DNA of 64,000 bases from assembly GCF_006345805.1 (NCBI RefSeq), contig NC_043001.1, positions 117,614,001 to 117,678,000 on the forward strand, given 5' to 3'. The position numbers and the translations under genes were made by a program. Shown here one piece after another: positions 58,607-64,000 of the stretch (positions within the stretch are counted from its first letter, which is position 1; each line of letters begins with the position of its first letter). The notes below the pieces were generated by a model. The model had not been told where the DNA came from. It did no database searches and saw nothing but the letters and a program-made list of their open reading frames with translations. The DNA is from Octopus sinensis (lineage: Eukaryota).

Positions 58607-60202
58607 TAGTAGCAGCAGCAGCAGCAGCAGCAGCAAAATATGTTTATTATTGAGCTGCATATGTCATTTTCTTAGAAGAATATGATTCTTTGATTTTTGA
58701 CAATCAATAATATTTAGCATTCCTGTGTTATATACTATATTCTACCAGATATGAAAGTCTTTCGTACCTCACCGACTAGTGACCTAGGTCATAGCTATAC
58801 GACGAATAAACGTTGACACCAAATGTTATATATTATTATTGAACCAATATATTAATAAATATATATGAACAAAATATCATTACTCTATAATTATATTACC
58901 GTAATTAGTGCCATAATAACATCTCTGATCAAATTTGATAAAACCGCTTGTCTAACAACTACAACTAAAGAATACAAAATTATAGATTATCTGAAATTAT
59001 CTTTCTGAGAAGATTTATTAATTTTACAAGATATTTTGTGTAAAAATATATTTGACTACAACTGTTTTCAATTTTCCATCTATTCTTTTACTATTTAGAG
59101 TGATTTTGTTTTTGGTTTGGTCAACAAATTAATAGAGATTTCAATCAGTGAATGGTATTCTTTTTTTTTTTTTTTTTTGCAGCTTTATATATGGCTTAAA
59201 ATATGTTTTGTATACATGTATGCGTCTGTCTAAAAGTATGCTTGCGTGCGTATAAATAGACAAACTGACAGACAGACAGACAGAGATAGACTGAAAGCGA
59301 GTTGATTGAAACAACCGCGAGTACATACACAGAAACACACAAAACACACAAAACACACAAAACACGCGCGCACGCACCATAAAAGTTGTTTATTCACATA
59401 TACAACCGCTTCATCGTAGCCTTAGACATCAGAGAATATAACGAAGCAAAGGACATGAAATTACTCTATCGTAAACATCCACAATATGCAAGCAAACGCT
59501 CGCAACTTTGCACATAGGTTCGCTTGCATTACTTTGATCGCCTTTTTATGAGAACATTTGAAATATTGTCTACTTTAATCAAATTTCTGAGTCGTCTGCT
59601 CCAATTATACACACACATACACACACACACACACACTCACATATAATGTAAACACACACAAGCGCGCACACAATGACATATATATAACGGGTACTCCACT
59701 CGATTTCGACGTATGAGCGTCCAGTTCTTTGATGAACTGACAGACTACTCATTGATGTAGCGTGAAATGCAGCTGAGTATTCCATAACACGTATACCCAT
59801 AACGTAATTTTCTACTAAAGCCTTGTGAGTAAATTTAAGCAGGTGGAAACTGTGTAGAATATACTTGTAATTCAAAAGTCCAGACTTGTCACTCTGTGCC
59901 ACGTCGATTCTACATGAGAATTTCGTTAAGGACAAATAAATATAGGAAATACGAAGGGACATCCAAAAGTAGAGGCAAAAACATTTGAAATAATTGAATG
60001 TGAGAGGTAAAATTGGTAACTGGGGTGAGATGAGTTATTTCAGATTTCTCGTTATTTTCTCCCTATTTGCTTGAAACCATCAAACAATCAGGTACTTTTT
60101 ATTCAAAAATTTTTTCTTGAACATTGACCCGACTGTAATTGAAGTTGCTAAGATATCTGGATGATTTTTTGGTGTTTAACAATCAATATCATTTTTTGTG
60201 GT

Positions 60203-60232
60203 GGGGGTGGGGGTGGGGGTGGGGGTGGGGGG
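60203..60232 (+). other. Canonical G-quadruplex-forming (GGGGGT)n tract
   Basis: Five G5-G6 runs separated by single T. Confidence 0.7.
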
Positions 60233-60990
60233 CTCCAAGTCAATTTTTTCCCACGCTAATGTCTTGTTTCATTATTTTCAAGTTTCAAAAACTTGTCTAA
60301 ATTGGGACAAAGTGAGTAATGACCAATTTCAATAAGTTCCTCTTTTTAACTGCATGGTGCCTAAATATATCAGGAAACGAACCACTCTAGCAGATCGTGA
60401 AGAAGCTATAAAGAATATATTATGATGAATTCTTTTATTCAGTCGAGTTTCGTTAATTTCATATCATATGCTATTTTTCCATGATCCTCTTTCATTTGCC
60501 CTAGACATTCTGAATTTTTGTCGCATTTCTAACCTTTCTGATATCTAAAGATGGATATTGATGTGTATGATTCTTTTTTTTTAATGTAATTCTGGAGACC
60601 TAGAGAGGCATTTTACCTTGTCATGTCTTACTCATTTTACTTCAGCTAAATTTGTCTTTTACAAGCTCAAAGAGAACGGAGATACTTTTCTGAAATAGTG
60701 TTCTAAGTATGTTATAGTGTTTTTAATGAATTGAGAGGTCATTTGCTAAGCTAATATAGTTTTTATAAGGTAGTGAACATCTGTAAAAATATTTTTTTGC
60801 AAACTCAAAAATGCAGTAAATATTCCTCATTGTGTACACACTTCGCCACAATATAATACACTCTATCTCCGGAAATTTAGTGTTATTTATGTATTTAGGT
60901 AGTTGAACGGTTTTTGGTTTGTTTTTGTTTTTTTTTCGGGTGTTCCTTTATATTCGTTGTATTTCTATAATACATAATGTCGTTTTAAAT

Positions 60991-61275
60991 ATGAATCAAC
61001 AGCATGGGTTGAAAAACCAGAAGACGTGTGGCCAGGGCCTCCTAGAAATAAACCATAGCGAGGGTCATTCCACGGGTGAATCGGAACAACTAGGAAAAGA
61101 GATAGTCGTGAAGAAGCCAAAGATTAAATGGCCGAAGGCAAATGACGCAGCTAGCTATAAGAAATTCGACGACGAGGTAGCAAGAATGACCACCAAATTC
61201 AAAATGGACGACGAACAAAAGCTCGAGAACTAGGCTAACATAATCTTTTGGGAAGGAGAGTAAAGATTTGGGCCT
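60991..61275 (+). pseudogene. Fragment resembling the pre-RT region of an R2-superfamily (HERO/NeSL-like) non-LTR retrotransposon
   Basis: KPKIKWPKANDAASYKKFDDEV...KLEN*ANIIFWEGE*RFG resembles, from memory, the KWPKAN..W..LD..KL...G.IIY.E...RFG block of HERO-type elements; two in-frame stops. Confidence 0.45.
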
Positions 61276-64000
61276 GAAACAACACGCCTTCGTACATTGT
61301 GAGTAATTGAGGGGACTGATAGCCTATATCGAACAACTGATGTCAGGGACGGAAGGAGTACGGCTATCGACTAAGTCCATCATTAAGATCTACCGCCTTC
61401 CTCCTTTAATAAGGAAAGGAAGGTGTCCTTTTCCTGTGTAGTAGCCATACTGAAAGACACAGTATGGAAGGGTAAGTGCGACTGGCCACTTTATCTCTGG
61501 ACGCGGGTTGGTGAGTTATTTTAACTACCACTTGACAAGGAAGATCTGTTAGGAAAAAAAGTGTCTGTCTCAAAGAATATTCGAGAAAAGATGGATAACT
61601 GTTATAAAACTGCTGAGATTGAATGAGTTGTGCTAATGAAACCGATCAAGGCGAAAAAGAGAGAAAAAGAAAAACAAAAATACGGTGATTACAGAGAAAT
61701 TAAAGGGAAAAAGAGAGCAAGCCGGCGGGTTAAATAAAAACCCGAAGACTTATAAATTATTATAATCATTTAACTTTAAAAAATTTTCTTTCGTATTTAA
61801 CTTATTTCGATTTCATACCGCCTATTTCATCAAACTGATTTTAATCAATTTTTATCATGTTTGTAACCTCAACCCTGTTTTGTGACCGTCCTTGTTCTGT
61901 CCCCTCTATGTATGCCACTATAGGCAAATAAAGAAATACGCCCGCTGACATTCGTTGACATTGAAGAAACTAAAGAACAAAAGGTCAACGAAAAAAGAAA
62001 AAAATGCACTCAACACCAGAGCTAAAGACAGCTCCGAAAGCGGAGGCCCCACCACGTCGAAAACGGTAGAGAAGTAGGGGCCGAAACTGGACGTGATTCA
62101 TCCTGATGTCCTTAGCCACTAGATCCTATAAATGAGTCGTTGAGGTAGCAAACCACGAAATGCGGTTGGAATTTCATTCTTCCTATCGTTTTAAATATGA
62201 TTCCTATTAGTCTGGAACCACGAATTAATGTATTTCCATTAAAATTAGAATGACGTCATAAAAGGCATTAACACCAAAGTGAATATGGCTCATCTAGTCA
62301 ACCCTGACTGACTTAATATAGTGAAAGCAGCAAGCTTCAAAGAAATTATGCGAATTTTTTTCACCAATGTTTGGGGAGATAGTAATAAATCAGCGAGTGA
62401 TTTCAACTTCTGGCAAAGGTATTCTAGGTTCATGCGGAACATTTTGCTTTTTACCTCTATATTGCAGTCTCATTTCTCTCACCTATTCAGCCTTAGGCCA
62501 GAGAGCCACTAGCCCTCTAAGGGAATCTATGTCACTTGTCTCGGTAAGTTGTTCTCTCTCCCATCTTTCCCCTTTCTTATGTAACATGCTTGTGTCGTAC
62601 ACGGCAAAAGACATCTATCTTGACTTGTAATGTCGAGTGACACATAGTTACATGCAGTGATTCCAATTCTTTGTACTACTTCCATAATATTATCCAGATA
62701 GTTGCATACAGAAGAATCCTACCTATTATGCTCGTTACGCATTCCATCAATTTGCTGGATGCACATTTGTTAATACAACAATGCGGGTTACTAAATTATT
62801 TGAAGTCAGTGAAACTTTAGTGCGGTCATTGTATACACACGCAACCTACCTCACATTTTAAACAGCATAAGAAGAGTATATAACTAACTACAGTATTAAA
62901 AATTAAACTTTCACCTTTGTTGAGCCTACGCACGAATTCGTTTAACAGGAAAAGTATTTTCGGTATAACTGCGAAATAGTTACTTGTAATCTCTTTCTCT
63001 ATCTCTATTTCTTTCTATCTCTATTTCTCTCCTTTTCTCTTTCTTTATCTCTCTCTCTCTCTCTCTCTCTCTATCGATCTATTTATCTCTATCTACATAT
63101 CTGTCTAGTTATCTCGCTCTGTGTGTCTTTGTGCCTGTCTGTATTTGTGTAATGTAATTTATAATATTTTTTTACATATATAAATGAATATGTATATACA
63201 TTGGTGTAACTTATGATTCCAAATAGTCGTTTAGTAATTTGTGTAAAACAATCTAGATATGAGCAGAGAGCGGTAATAACATTTCCAGTTAACGAGGAAA
63301 CTAAGATTCGAGAGAAACTAAGATTGTCAATTTTTACAAATTTTGGCAGGACATTTTCAACATGAACACGCAAAACTATAATTACTTTTTTTTTCTTTAC
63401 CCACATTTTCTGTTTCTTAAAGCAATTTGGTTTGAGGTCAATAAATTGTATTTTGAATCAGTGGCTTCTACTTTGGATCAATAAGTAGATATTTCAGGTA
63501 GATAAGTTCTTTTTTTGCCAATAAATGTCGTATAAGGCCAATATTTTCGTTCGTCTTTGTCTTTTTTATTCGTTATTATATCATTTAAGGTTTATCATTC
63601 TTTATTACAAAATCCTAAGTATGTATCTTCATTTTATTTATCTATATGCTCCCCCTTTCTCTCTCTCTCTCTCTCTTTCTTTATGCTTATACATATAGGC
63701 ACCCACGCTTGCGTGCGCATTTCCAACTTCATAGGTACGGTATTTTTACGATGTCACCTATGTAGGCATTGACATTTACAATTCATCAAATACACACAAG
63801 CACATGCTCCACTCTCTTTCGCGTGCAGCTGCTTAATTAGAAAATGCGCAACATGCAAACAGCGGCACACAAACACACACATCATTCACGCTTACATATA
63901 CATTTCTGCACACACACACACGGGCTGACAAAAGTATGACCGGTCATTTCCACCAGGGACCCTAATATCCTTTCCACTATAAGCACAAGGCCTGACATTT

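Noticed and set aside
62527-62730. Minus-strand open frame (MEVVQRIGITACNYV..., 52 codons)
   Set aside because: Short, no recognisable domain and no consistent splice sites.

Overview
AT-rich, microsatellite-saturated eukaryotic non-coding DNA. The SINE families and repeat landscape suggest an octopus or other cephalopod genome (inferred; no database search was possible). No host protein-coding gene can be identified with confidence, and most long ORFs in the track are microsatellite translations. The window is mostly TE debris: tRNA-derived SINEs, Tc1/mariner relics and MITEs, non-autonomous Helitrons, a hAT MITE, and RTE, CR1-like, Tx1/L1, R2-superfamily-like and Penelope-like retroelement fragments. 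The main discovery is a hammerhead-ribozyme (HHR) system. (1) A 353-bp tandem repeat at 2912-4426 carries four canonical type I HHRs in a head-to-head palindrome. (2) A diverged 358-bp sister repeat at 46144-46832 shows compensatory changes in the ribozyme and in flanking hairpins. (3) Both repeats end at the same homologous 3' position against (TA)n, and both have 5'-inverted, twin-priming-like junctions. (4) A Penelope-like GIY-YIG relic has inverted terminal repeats holding degenerate HHRs, and two further Penelope-type minimal HHRs occur at 28.3 and 47.4 kb. (5) A Helitron carries a hairpin segment homologous to the repeat. Together this looks like a non-LTR retrozyme (self-cleaving, potentially circRNA-forming) family mobilised by Penelope-like elements. 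All alignments and folds were done by eye; TE boundaries without TSDs are approximate.
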